DNA of 40,807 nt, from IMG/VR virus record IMGVR_UViG_3300033513_000025, positions 1-40,807 of that record; one strand, written 5' to 3'. The number at the start of each line of letters is the position of its first letter. Position 1 is the first letter of the stretch. The translations under genes and the position numbers were made by a program. The notes beneath the pieces were generated by a model. The model was not told where the DNA came from and did not search any database. It was given only the letters and a program-made list of their open reading frames with translations. Of this stretch, positions 25,992-34,613 are shown one piece after another. Origin of the DNA: a virus (lineage: Duplodnaviria; Caudoviricetes).

Positions 25992-26888
25992 TTGTTGGGG
26001 GAGTGGGTTCGGCGTTACCTGGCGGACTGTTACACCCTGGCGCCTGGTACCCAGGCGCTGTATGCCTATCACCTGGAAGCCTTCGCGCGGGCGGTGGGGG
26101 CTGTGCGGGTGGTCGAGGTGGGCGGTGACGTGGTCCGCGTGTACCTGGCCGGTCTCCGTCGCAGGGACGGCCGGCCATACTCACCGTACTACCTGGACCA
26201 GGTGTTCCGGTCACTCAACACGTTCTTCATATGGGTTGTACGAGAGGAGGGGCTGGAGATCAACCCGATGGTGCGGGTGCGCCGCCCACGGGTGCCCAAG
26301 CGCAAGAGCCCGCGCCTGACGCTGGACGAGGTGGGGCGTCTGCTGGAGGCGGTCAAGCGTGGCGGAAATGCTGCCCGGGACTTGGGCATGATCTGCCTGG
26401 CCGTGGATAGTGGGCTTCGAAGGGGCGAGATCATTGGCCTGCGGCTGGACGGGGTGGACCTGGAGGGCGGGACCGTGCGGGTTCTGGGCAAGGGCCAGAA
26501 GGAGCGTGACATCCCGATCGGCGAGGTGACGGTGACGGCGCTGGCGGCCTGGCTGGCGCTAAGGCCGAATGTGGCGAGTGATCACGTGTTTGTCACGTCA
26601 GGGGGCCGGCCGTTCACGAAGAACGGCATCCAGACCTTGATGCAGCGTCTCAAGAAGCGCGCCGGGCTGCCTCACCTGCGTTGGCACTTGCTGCGGCACA
26701 CGTTCGCGAACCACTTTATCAACGGCGGTGGTCCGCTCAGGATGCTGCAGAAAATTCTCGGGCACTCCTCGATCCGCACGACTGCTGAAATCTACACGGA
26801 TCCGGAGTTGCCGGAGCTGTCGGCGGCGCATCACAGGGCGTCGCCGTTGGCGCAGATGGGCAACCACCCGAAGGAGGGTGAACGTTAG
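25992..26888 (+). CDS. int: Tyrosine recombinase/integrase
   Basis: SGLRRGE, GKGQKER, HLLRHTFA and LGHSSIRTTAEIY supply the catalytic residues. Confidence 0.93.
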   Translation: MLGEWVRRYLADCYTLAPGTQALYAYHLEAFARAVGAVRVVEVGGDVVRVYLAGLRRRDGRPYSPYYLDQVFRSLNTFFIWVVREEGLEINPMVRVRRPRVPKRKSPRLTLDEVGRLLEAVKRGGNAARDLGMICLAVDSGLRRGEIIGLRLDGVDLEGGTVRVLGKGQKERDIPIGEVTVTALAAWLALRPNVASDHVFVTSGGRPFTKNGIQTLMQRLKKRAGLPHLRWHLLRHTFANHFINGGGPLRMLQKILGHSSIRTTAEIYTDPELPELSAAHHRASPLAQMGNHPKEGER

Positions 26889-26920
26889 CTATCCAGGCTA
26901 ACATTCAGAGGGAACGCTAA

Positions 26921-26963
26921 CTTCCCAAGCTGAATGTCAAGGGTTCGAGTCCCTTCACCCGCT
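26921..26963 (+). mobile_element. attP core: 3' half of tRNA-Gly(CCC)
   Basis: CTTCCCAAGCTGAATGTC-AAGGG-TTCGAGT-CCCTT-CACCCGCT gives the anticodon loop, T-arm and 3' acceptor strand with no 5' half; it lies just after int. Confidence 0.85.
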
Positions 26964-27057
26964 TCCGCGCTGTAGCGCGGGCCTTCCTCTCGTTACACTG
27001 AACTGTAAATGTGCGGAGAGCCCACGAGGGGCAGGTGGAGCGTGACGCTGGCGGGCG

Positions 27058-27258
27058 TCACGCTTCTTTTTGTGTCTGGCGTTGCCTCAGCATGTCCTCG
27101 ACGGATTCGGTGTAGATTCGCAGGTGGCTGTTGCGCTTGTCGGGGTTGAGTTTGTAGCCCGTGAGCTGGCCGGTCTGGTACAGACGGTTGACCGTCATCT
27201 TGCTGACGCCGAGCCTTTGGGCTGCTTCTCTGGTGCTGAGGGTTGAGTTTTGCTCCAT
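27058..27258 (-). CDS. Excisionase-like HTH_17 protein (66 aa)
   Basis: LSTREAAQRLGVSKMTVNRLYQTGQL; adjacent to attP. Confidence 0.8.
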   Translation of the reverse strand: MEQNSTLSTREAAQRLGVSKMTVNRLYQTGQLTGYKLNPDKRNSHLRIYTESVEDMLRQRQTQKEA

Positions 27259-27293
27259 TGAGTGTCCCCCGTGAGAGTATCACAAGTAGCACA

Positions 27294-27337
27294 AGTATAC
27301 CATACCTTTTAGGGCGTGTCAATAGAACGGGTGTTCG
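27294..27337 (-). promoter_or_regulatory. Excisionase promoter TTGACA-N17-TATACT with adjacent SOS box GAAC-GGGT-GTTC (27325-27336)
   Basis: Consensus hexamers and a perfect Gram-positive/Chloroflexi-type LexA box. Confidence 0.78.
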
Positions 27338-27438
27338 AGGTGAGGGGAAAACCGAAGGCCCTGGACAAAGGGCGGGGTGTGATCTGCTCCAGGGCCTTCG
27401 TTTGCACGGGGGGTGTCCCGTGCGAGGGTTGTAGGCGT

Positions 27439-27466
27439 ATTGTAGCACAGGTGTTCGCGTTGTCAA
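27439..27466 (-). promoter_or_regulatory. Promoter TTGACA-N16-TACAAT with LexA-like box GAAC-ACCT-GTGC
   Basis: Near-copy of the 4484-4511 architecture. Confidence 0.7.
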
Positions 27467-28107
27467 GGCGCGTCCCGGTCCTGGAGCATCTGGGCGACGA
27501 TGAGGGGGGGGATGTGGGCCTGCAGGATCGGGCGGGGGTCGGTCCAGGGTGTGGTTTTGGTTTTGTAGGCGGCCCACCAGAAGGACTCCCACGCGCAATC
27601 CAGGTGGAGGTGGTCGCCTTCCTTGGGGTATGCCCCGATCAGGCCGGCGGTTTGTGCGGGCTGCACCAGGTCGCCGGGTTTGACGGTGATGGAGGAGGGG
27701 TCCAGGTGGGCGTAGCGGAACCAGATAGGCTTGGCCTCGTGCTCGTGCCTGACGATGATGACCCCCAGCCAGCCGTTGGAGTGGGCGACCTGCTGCACCT
27801 CGCCGTTGGTGAGAAAGTAGACGGGCTGGTGATAGTCTACGTCGCCCTTGCCGTCGAGTTGTACGTTGATGTCGAGGCCGGTGTGCCCGGCAGGGTTGTC
27901 CTTCGACCAGGTGTGCGCTTGAGCACAGTACCAGGCCCAATGCGGGTATTTCTCGCTGCCCACAGGCAGGACCCACAAGGCGGGTTCGGGTGGGATCAGC
28001 TCCGGGTACAGGTGGACGTCGGCGAGACTGAGGCGGTAGCGATTCGGGCCGGCCTGCAGGATGAGGACGACGGGTTGGGCGAGGTCTATGACGGGGACGT
28101 CGGGCAT
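27463..28107 (-). CDS. M23-family peptidase, probable endolysin
   Basis: HTGLD (HxxxD), YAHL, HLH (HxH), DPRP. Confidence 0.85.
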   Translation of the reverse strand: MPDVPVIDLAQPVVLILQAGPNRYRLSLADVHLYPELIPPEPALWVLPVGSEKYPHWAWYCAQAHTWSKDNPAGHTGLDINVQLDGKGDVDYHQPVYFLTNGEVQQVAHSNGWLGVIIVRHEHEAKPIWFRYAHLDPSSITVKPGDLVQPAQTAGLIGAYPKEGDHLHLDCAWESFWWAAYKTKTTPWTDPRPILQAHIPPLIVAQMLQDRDAP

Positions 28108-28131
28108 TTTGCTCCTTGGGCGTTGTCACTG

Positions 28132-28175
28132 TGTTGCTACAGTTTTGTTACAGTGTTGCTACAGTGTTGTTACAC
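28132..28175. repeat. Four tandem 11-mers, consensus TGTTGYTACAG
   Basis: tgttgctacag ttttgttacag tgttgctacag tgttgttacac. Confidence 0.85.
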
Positions 28176-28179
28176 TGTG

Positions 28180-28398
28180 TCAGCTGGCGGTGGTGGAGTT
28201 GGTGATCAGGCCAAGCGTGGCGAGGACGGTTAGCAGGTTGGCCAGTGCCTGCTCTGGGTTGTTACGTGCGCCGGTCACGGCGGCGGGCGCGTTGGCGGCC
28301 AGCACTCGGAGGAGTTCCTTTTCGTCCATGGAGGGGAGTTGGCCGTCTATTTCGTGGTGGGGTGTGCGTCCGGCGTCGGGTAGGTTAGTGTGCTGCAT
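28180..28398 (-). CDS. Small putative virion protein (72 aa)
   Basis: ATG with GGAG RBS; VTGAR...ALANLLTVLATLGLITNST ending resembles phage fibre tips. Confidence 0.6.
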   Translation of the reverse strand: MQHTNLPDAGRTPHHEIDGQLPSMDEKELLRVLAANAPAAVTGARNNPEQALANLLTVLATLGLITNSTTAS

Positions 28399-28503
28399 TG
28401 TGGCTCCGGGGACGCGAACGCGGATGAACACAGAGAAACGCGGATGAACGCGGATGGGTTGGAAGGGGTGCGTGATCACTGGTCACTGGTCACTGTCTCC
28501 TTG

Positions 28504-30042
28504 TTACTCTGCTATGGAGTACCTGACGCTGAGTGAGTCTATGCGGATGTCTTGCTTCGATCCGCTGGCGTTGTCGTCGTGGAGGACTACCTTGAGCTGC
28601 AGCGTGTAGAATGAGGTCTTGAGGTTTTCGACGTTGGCGCGATAGGTGTTGGCGGTGGTCGTGCCGGTGGTCCAGGCGGTGGCGTTGTTGACGCGGTAGT
28701 AGATCTCTGGTGCGAATGAGGCGGCGGCGCCGTCGAGTAGAACGGTGATGGAGTTGAGGTACTTTTCCTTCCCTGGTGAGCCCATGTCCAGCCAGGCGCT
28801 GATCAGCGTGCCGTCTGCCAGGTCTGTGTTGGTGGCCTCGTGGGTGCCGCCGAGGTGGTAGATGCCCTCGCCGGTGGAGGCGTCGTTGCCGGCCATGAGG
28901 ATCTCTGAGGTGGCCATCACGCCCAGCCAGGGCGTGTAGTTGGCGGTGACGGCGGGTGAGGCGGTGGGCAGATCGGCCCAGCCGTCGCCGGCCAGGACTT
29001 TCAAGGCCTGGTCTCCGCCGTTGTCGAGGGCGTAGAAGAGGAGATGATCCTGCCAGGGGATGAGGCCGACGGCTTCGAGGGTGCTGACGGCGGTGGCGGT
29101 GATGGTGGGGACACGGGTTATTTGGCTGCCGTTGAAGGAGTAAATGGGGACATCCCGGTTGGAGTCGAAGCGGGGTCGGCGGCCGGGTGAAAAGTAGACC
29201 TTGTCGTCGTGGTGGGCGAACAGCAGGCCGGAGTCGGGGAGGTCTCCGGAGCCCGCGATGCGGGCCACTTCCTGGAGCGCCTTGGGCACATCGGTGGCGG
29301 CGTCGGGCAGGCGGTGGATGGTCATGGTGCCGTCGTCACCGCGGGCGAAGAGCAGCAAATAGCCGCGGAAGCCGGTGGCGTACTGGATGTCTAATGTGCC
29401 GATGGGGTCGTAGTGGGCTTCGAAGGCGGTGTCGGCGTCGTTGAGGCGGTAGACCAGGCCGGCCTCCGTCACCAGGTACATCCGATCACCTGCCGGGAAC
29501 AGGATCCAGGCGTCGGTGGTGGCGTAGAATTCGGTGAGGCCGGCGGTGTAGTCGCTGCCGCGGTAGACTTTCTTGTCTACGCCGATCACGTACAGGTCTC
29601 CACCCCAATAGGTGACGTTGAGGCCGTCCTTGCCTCCCAGGGCGTAGGTGGCACTGGTGACGTCGTAGACGGTGCCCTTGAGTACCCAGGATGAGGAGTA
29701 GTAGGTGAGCACGATCTTGGTTGGTGGCGTGGGTGTGTCCTGGCCGATGACGACGTAGCGGTTGTTGGTGTCGTCCCAGAAGCCTCCCCGGATGTTCTCG
29801 ATTCCTGTTCCTAGGTCTGCCGCTGTGGACCAGGCGTCCATGCGCTTTAGTAGTCCGTGCTCGTCTGGGATGAGCGCAGTGAGGGAGTACAGGTCGCCGG
29901 GTTCGTGGTAGAGTGTGACCTGTGGGCGGGTCCAGGCGCGCTGGACGAACTCCTTGTTCGTGATGGTCACGGGTTGGGGTCCTCCGACGATGAGGGGCAG
30001 GAACAGCAGTGCGGCGGCGGTGATGCGGTGAACGCTTGCCAT
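28504..30042 (-). CDS. Probable tail nozzle/DNA-stabilisation beta-propeller protein (512 aa)
   Basis: Beta-rich repeats, C-terminal WLDMGSPGKEKYLNSI; follows the adaptor gene. Confidence 0.55.
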   Translation of the reverse strand: MASVHRITAAALLFLPLIVGGPQPVTITNKEFVQRAWTRPQVTLYHEPGDLYSLTALIPDEHGLLKRMDAWSTAADLGTGIENIRGGFWDDTNNRYVVIGQDTPTPPTKIVLTYYSSSWVLKGTVYDVTSATYALGGKDGLNVTYWGGDLYVIGVDKKVYRGSDYTAGLTEFYATTDAWILFPAGDRMYLVTEAGLVYRLNDADTAFEAHYDPIGTLDIQYATGFRGYLLLFARGDDGTMTIHRLPDAATDVPKALQEVARIAGSGDLPDSGLLFAHHDDKVYFSPGRRPRFDSNRDVPIYSFNGSQITRVPTITATAVSTLEAVGLIPWQDHLLFYALDNGGDQALKVLAGDGWADLPTASPAVTANYTPWLGVMATSEILMAGNDASTGEGIYHLGGTHEATNTDLADGTLISAWLDMGSPGKEKYLNSITVLLDGAAASFAPEIYYRVNNATAWTTGTTTANTYRANVENLKTSFYTLQLKVVLHDDNASGSKQDIRIDSLSVRYSIAE

Positions 30043-30120
30043 TGTGGTCTCCTTTCGTTTGGCTGTTGGTTGGCGTTCATTGTATCACCTATGGTTGGAA
30101 GTTGGAAGTTGGAGGTTGGG

Positions 30121-31437
30121 TTAGGCCCATCCGCTCCCGTCGTCATCCCAGCGGTCGAGCGTGGGGCCCTGGGCGATTCCGCTATGGCGGGTGGCGAGGC
30201 GGCGGCCGAGCGCTTTGAGGCCGCGCTCGAATTCCCTGAGCTTGATGTCGGCCCACTCGCGCAGTTTGACCGGCACGCTGAAACCGGGCTGCTCTTGCTC
30301 TCGTTCCATCGCGGCGTAGCCGGTGGCGCCGGTGACGATGAGGGTCTCGGCGTCGTCGGGGAACGTGGTTGTGCTGGCAGAGTCGAGGCCGTTGAGGCTG
30401 TGCTGGCGGGTGTACCAGATGCGCACGACGTCGCCGGTGGCGGGTTCGTCGGCGTCCTTGATGAACAGGATGTTGCCCGGCCACTGCTCAAAGTTCCTCC
30501 ACGACGGCGGGTACTCGGGATCGGATGAGTCATAGTCCCACCACACGCGCTGCACCTGGATGTAGTCGGTGATGGAGGAGATGTCTACTTCCCGGCTGGT
30601 GGCGGCGAGGGTGATCGAGGCGATGGTCTGATCCGGGTTGATCTCGCTGTAGCGCGCGAGGGCCCACCTGATGGCCTCGTCTATGTCCTCTTGAGCGTAG
30701 GCGTAGGCGTAGCGTTGCCAGGCGGGCGGGCGCTGGGCAATGCCGTAGCGGTAGTTCTTCCCGGCATTGTCGGCCCACTCGGTGAGGCGCTTGACCACGT
30801 CGTGGTCCGTGGTCATTGACTCGGACAGTTCGACGGCGCGCGACAGGGCGGCGAAGTGGGCGGCACCCATGACCAGGTAGCTGATGTCCTCGTCTGGTAT
30901 GGTGGTAGCGGTAGCGCTGTCGAGGGCGTTGAGCGTGTGTTTCTTGGTGTACCACACGCGCACGACGTCTCCGTTCTGCGGCTCCGACGGGTCGTCTACG
31001 TACAGGATGGACCCGGGCCACACCTGGAACTGCCGCCAGTTGGGCGGGTAGCCGGGGGTGGATGAGTCATAGTCCCACCACACCTTTTCGACTCTCAGTA
31101 GTCCGGTGAGGCTGGCCAGGCTGATTTCTCTCCCGTTGGCGGTCAGGGCTATGCTGCCGATCGCCGTGTTTGGGTTTTGGCGGGAGTATTGTTCGAGCGC
31201 CTGGCGGATGGCCTCGTCCAGGTCGTCGGTAGACCAGCGTGTGTTGCCGCTGTCTTGGAGGTGCGCCTCGACCCGGTCTCGGAGGGTGGTCAATGTGGCA
31301 CTGGAGGCGGTGACGACGAGTGGCTCGGTGAAGCCTGAGGCGTTGGCCAGCGCGGTCCGGATCCGCAGGCGCAGGCTCGACAGGGTGGCGGCTGATGCGC
31401 CTGTTACGGGTGTGCCGGTTCCTGATCCGGTGGCCAA
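30121..31437 (-). CDS. Head-tail adaptor-like protein with an internally duplicated domain (438 aa)
   Basis: TLRDRV..LQD..RWSTDDLDEAI adaptor-like start; two copies of VWWDYDSS..WPG..GDVVR.WYT. Confidence 0.65.
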   Translation of the reverse strand: MATGSGTGTPVTGASAATLSSLRLRIRTALANASGFTEPLVVTASSATLTTLRDRVEAHLQDSGNTRWSTDDLDEAIRQALEQYSRQNPNTAIGSIALTANGREISLASLTGLLRVEKVWWDYDSSTPGYPPNWRQFQVWPGSILYVDDPSEPQNGDVVRVWYTKKHTLNALDSATATTIPDEDISYLVMGAAHFAALSRAVELSESMTTDHDVVKRLTEWADNAGKNYRYGIAQRPPAWQRYAYAYAQEDIDEAIRWALARYSEINPDQTIASITLAATSREVDISSITDYIQVQRVWWDYDSSDPEYPPSWRNFEQWPGNILFIKDADEPATGDVVRIWYTRQHSLNGLDSASTTTFPDDAETLIVTGATGYAAMEREQEQPGFSVPVKLREWADIKLREFERGLKALGRRLATRHSGIAQGPTLDRWDDDGSGWA

Positions 31438-31438
31438 G

Positions 31439-31615
31439 TTAGAACACCTCCAGGATGGCGGCGGCTAGCGCCGCGGCCAGGCTGATGAGTGCAAAGAAGA
31501 TGATGAAGGCGGTGACGAGGATCAGGGCCCCGTTGAGCAGGTCCGGGTCGTCGTTGTGCCTCAGGCCGCCGATGACGATGGGCTTCTTGGGTCTTCCGTT
31601 CTTCTTGTAGAACAT
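31439..31615 (-). CDS. Small membrane protein (58 aa)
   Basis: GGAGG RBS, TGATG overlap, long C-terminal TM segment. Confidence 0.6.
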   Translation of the reverse strand: MFYKKNGRPKKPIVIGGLRHNDDPDLLNGALILVTAFIIFFALISLAAALAAAILEVF

Positions 31616-33108
31616 CAGGCGACTACCTCCGTATCTGGGTTGGAGAAGGAGTACCCGCTCTTCTTGCGGAACAAGTAGTAGGTGCCGGCGTCGAGGTACA
31701 GGGTGACCTGTCCAAAGTCGTCTGTGTAACCTGAGGTGACCTTGTTTGCGCCGGCGGAGTCGGTGCAGGCCCATACCAGGACGTCGGCGATGGGGAGCGA
31801 GGTGGTGGAGTCGGTCACGGTGTAGACGAAGGTGATTGCTCCCACAGCGGGCGCTTCCGTGGCGGCCTGGGCGAGGGCCTTGCCGGCCGTGCCCGCGGTG
31901 ATGTGCCCGCTCGTTGCCTCGTCCCATACAGCGTCTGCGATGGTTGCCTGGGCGGCTGCAGAGAGGGTGTCGAGGATGGAGCGGCCGACGGGTATGATCT
32001 TGTAGGTGCTGGTGCTGTCGGGTTGTGTTTCCCAGGCGGGTGACACGGTGGCCACGCGGTCGGCGGTGTAGGCGGTGATGAGTCGTGTCTGGCCGATGGC
32101 GGTGCCCGCTGCGATGTAGACGGCGCAGCCGACGTAGGAGTTGGCGATGGCCAGGGCGGTTGTGGATAGGGTGATGGTGCTGGCTCCGCCGGCCTGGGCT
32201 ACCCCGTGCGCTGCGAGGAGGATGGCTGAGAAGGGCAGGAGCTCGTAGATGGAGGTGGCGTTTGGTTGTGTGATCCAGGGTCGGTCGACGGTGGCTACCC
32301 TGGTGGCTCCGACGTATTCGATGATGAGGCGGGTCTGCCCGGCGCCGGTGCCGGAGACGATGGTGATAATGTTTTGGGTGTGGGTGTCGTCTGTTGCGCT
32401 TTCGGTTGCGGCGAGTGTGATGGTGCTGGCGGTGGCGGCTTGTGCGGTGGCTCCGGAGAGTATGAGCAGGCGGAGCCGTTGGCCTGCGCTGTAGGCGACG
32501 TCGTGTGCTGCGGATGTGAGGACTTCGTCCCACACGGCGTCGGCGATTTCTGCGGCGGCGTCGGCGGCCAGCTCGCTTGCTCCTATGGCGTTGGCGGCGA
32601 TCTTGGCCGCGGTGATGGCGTCTGCGGCGATGGCGTCCGCGTCGATCGCGCCGGTGGCGATGGCGGCGGCGTTGATAGCGCCTGCGGCGAATGTGGCGGC
32701 GTCTATGGCCCCGTCGGCGATGGCCGCGGCGGTGATGAGGCCGTCCGTGATCTCGGCGGCGTGGACCTGTAGCTTGTCGGTGCCGAAGAGCGAGTCCCAG
32801 GCCTGGGTGGGCATCACCATAAACTCGTGCCAGACGGGGAGGGCGCCTGCTTCGTTGACCGCCAGGATCAGGATGCCGGCGGTGTTCGTGTCCGTCGCGT
32901 CGAGGGGGCAGGTGTACCAGCCGTTGTGCTCTGCGTCGTGGGTGCAGGCGGTGGCCTCGTTCTTGTTTGCGAACGCGCCGCCGTTCTTGGACAGGTGGAC
33001 GTCGCCCTGGTCAATGGTGAGGGCGGTTTCGGCTGTGACGCCGTCGGTGGCGTCCAGGAAGGGGCCGATCTGCACGGTTACGACGGTATCCTCGCGTAGA
33101 AATAGCAT
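31615..33108 (-). CDS. Virion fibre-like protein (497 aa)
   Basis: ITAAxIAxxAI repeats, two IADAVWDE motifs, duplicated TITL...GQTRLI modules. Confidence 0.7.
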   Translation of the reverse strand: MLFLREDTVVTVQIGPFLDATDGVTAETALTIDQGDVHLSKNGGAFANKNEATACTHDAEHNGWYTCPLDATDTNTAGILILAVNEAGALPVWHEFMVMPTQAWDSLFGTDKLQVHAAEITDGLITAAAIADGAIDAATFAAGAINAAAIATGAIDADAIAADAITAAKIAANAIGASELAADAAAEIADAVWDEVLTSAAHDVAYSAGQRLRLLILSGATAQAATASTITLAATESATDDTHTQNIITIVSGTGAGQTRLIIEYVGATRVATVDRPWITQPNATSIYELLPFSAILLAAHGVAQAGGASTITLSTTALAIANSYVGCAVYIAAGTAIGQTRLITAYTADRVATVSPAWETQPDSTSTYKIIPVGRSILDTLSAAAQATIADAVWDEATSGHITAGTAGKALAQAATEAPAVGAITFVYTVTDSTTSLPIADVLVWACTDSAGANKVTSGYTDDFGQVTLYLDAGTYYLFRKKSGYSFSNPDTEVVA

Positions 33109-33837
33109 TTAGTTGGTCCTCCGGCGGCGGTAGGAGTACTGCATGGCGGGGATGGGCAGGCGGATGCCGTAGGTGTAGGCGTTGAGGATCTCGGCGGCGG
33201 AGAGAGCGCGGCTGAACACGGCGACCTCGTCCATGAGGCCGTCGAAGAAATAGGCGCCGCCGTGGGTGCCGAGGGTGAAAGGTGAGGCGGTGTCGGCGAG
33301 GGCGCCGGTAAAGGCGATGGGATTGTTGATGCCGTTTGTGTCCTGGACGCCGTTGACGTAGACGGTGATGTTGGAGCCATCATAGACCATGGCGCAGTGC
33401 CACCAGGAGCCTGTGGTGAGGTTGGTGGCGCCGAGGGCGCGGGTGGAGGCGGTGCCGTCCGGAGAGAGTTGGCCGGATAGGCGGTAGGTGGTGTCGCTGT
33501 TGTCGTAGAGGCTGAGCATGTAGTTGCGCAGGTTGCCGGTGGCGGTCCACTTGCCGGCGATTTGCATGTGCCCTCGGCTCTCCAGGAGGATCCAGGCGAG
33601 TACGGTGATGTTGCCGGTGATGTCGAGCCCGACCTGGGCGGCGTCGGTGATTTGGAGTGATTCGGAGGCGTCGGCTTCGAAGTCAGCGCTGCGGGCGCCT
33701 TCCTGGTGGGTGGTGGATGAGGCGACCGTGTTTGTGTCGGTGAGTGTGTTGCCGTTGCCGCTGGAATCGGCGCGGTTGCCGCTGACCTCCTCCATCAGCC
33801 ACAGGCCCTGCAGCTGGGGATCGGACTTGAATGGCAT
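33109..33837 (-). CDS. LamG/concanavalin-A-like domain protein (242 aa)
   Basis: DSSGNGN, ITVLAWI, WWHCAMVYDG..VYVNGV, FDGLMDEVAVFSRALSAAEI. Confidence 0.88.
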   Translation of the reverse strand: MPFKSDPQLQGLWLMEEVSGNRADSSGNGNTLTDTNTVASSTTHQEGARSADFEADASESLQITDAAQVGLDITGNITVLAWILLESRGHMQIAGKWTATGNLRNYMLSLYDNSDTTYRLSGQLSPDGTASTRALGATNLTTGSWWHCAMVYDGSNITVYVNGVQDTNGINNPIAFTGALADTASPFTLGTHGGAYFFDGLMDEVAVFSRALSAAEILNAYTYGIRLPIPAMQYSYRRRRTN

Positions 33838-33838
33838 G

Positions 33839-34216
33839 CTAGCCTGGCCTGGGCTGGGTTGGGTACGGTGTGGCGGTTGGGTACGGCGTTGGGGATGGGT
33901 TGGGCAGGAGCGGGTAGCAGGTGGGCGTGGGTGCAGGGGTCAGTGTGGGCTGGACCGGCCAGGGTGTTGGGATGAGGGGGCAGTCCTCGTACCACTCGTG
34001 AATTTCGACGGATGGGGTGGCGGTGGGGCGGGGGGTGCGGGACGGTATCGGGAGTCCGAGGGTGGGCGTAGGCGGTGGGGAGACGGGAGAGGTGAAGGTG
34101 GGGGTTGGCGGTGGGGAGATGGGGGATTGGAAGTTGAGGGCTGGGTGGAGAGTAACGAAGACGAGGCCGGTGAGCAGGGGCACGATGGCGGCGATTGAGA
34201 TTATCCAGCGTTTCAT
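33839..34216 (-). CDS. Pro/Thr-rich protein with N-terminal signal or anchor (125 aa)
   Basis: Hydrophobic N-terminus, PTPT repeats. Confidence 0.65.
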   Translation of the reverse strand: MKRWIISIAAIVPLLTGLVFVTLHPALNFQSPISPPPTPTFTSPVSPPPTPTLGLPIPSRTPRPTATPSVEIHEWYEDCPLIPTPWPVQPTLTPAPTPTCYPLLPNPSPTPYPTATPYPTQPRPG

Positions 34217-34223
34217 TTCTACC

Positions 34224-34613
34224 TCAGCTTTCGAACCAGACGGTGACCTCTACGTAGTCGGCGGCGTTGGCGCCGTCTATCTTGGCGGCCAGCCGGCCGC
34301 AGGCCACGTAGTGGTCTACGACGTTGTTGCCTGTTGAGTAGACCAGGGCGACGTTGGTGTTGGTGACCAGGTTGCGGCGTGGGTACAGCGTGGCGTCTGT
34401 GGCGGCGTTTTGCAGGTTGACGATGTACTCCGTGGCGTTCGGGTCCTCCGCTTCGTAGAGGTACAGGTCGGTGGTGGCGGCGGGTGGGCTGTCGAGGTAC
34501 GCCACGTGGACTTTGAGGATCTTGCCCGTTATGTGCGGGCTGTAGCCGGTGGCGGTGGCGCTGCCGTTGGCCCCCACGGCGGCGCCGGTGGAGAACTTGA
34601 TGCGGTCTATCAT
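34224..34613 (-). CDS. Putative virion beta-sandwich protein (129 aa)
   Basis: AAGGAG RBS, ATGA overlap. Confidence 0.7.
   Translation of the reverse strand: MIDRIKFSTGAAVGANGSATATGYSPHITGKILKVHVAYLDSPPAATTDLYLYEAEDPNATEYIVNLQNAATDATLYPRRNLVTNTNVALVYSTGNNVVDHYVACGRLAAKIDGANAADYVEVTVWFES

Noticed and set aside
26921-26966. Functional tRNA gene
   Set aside because: The 5' acceptor strand, D-arm and 5' anticodon stem are missing; it is an attP core.
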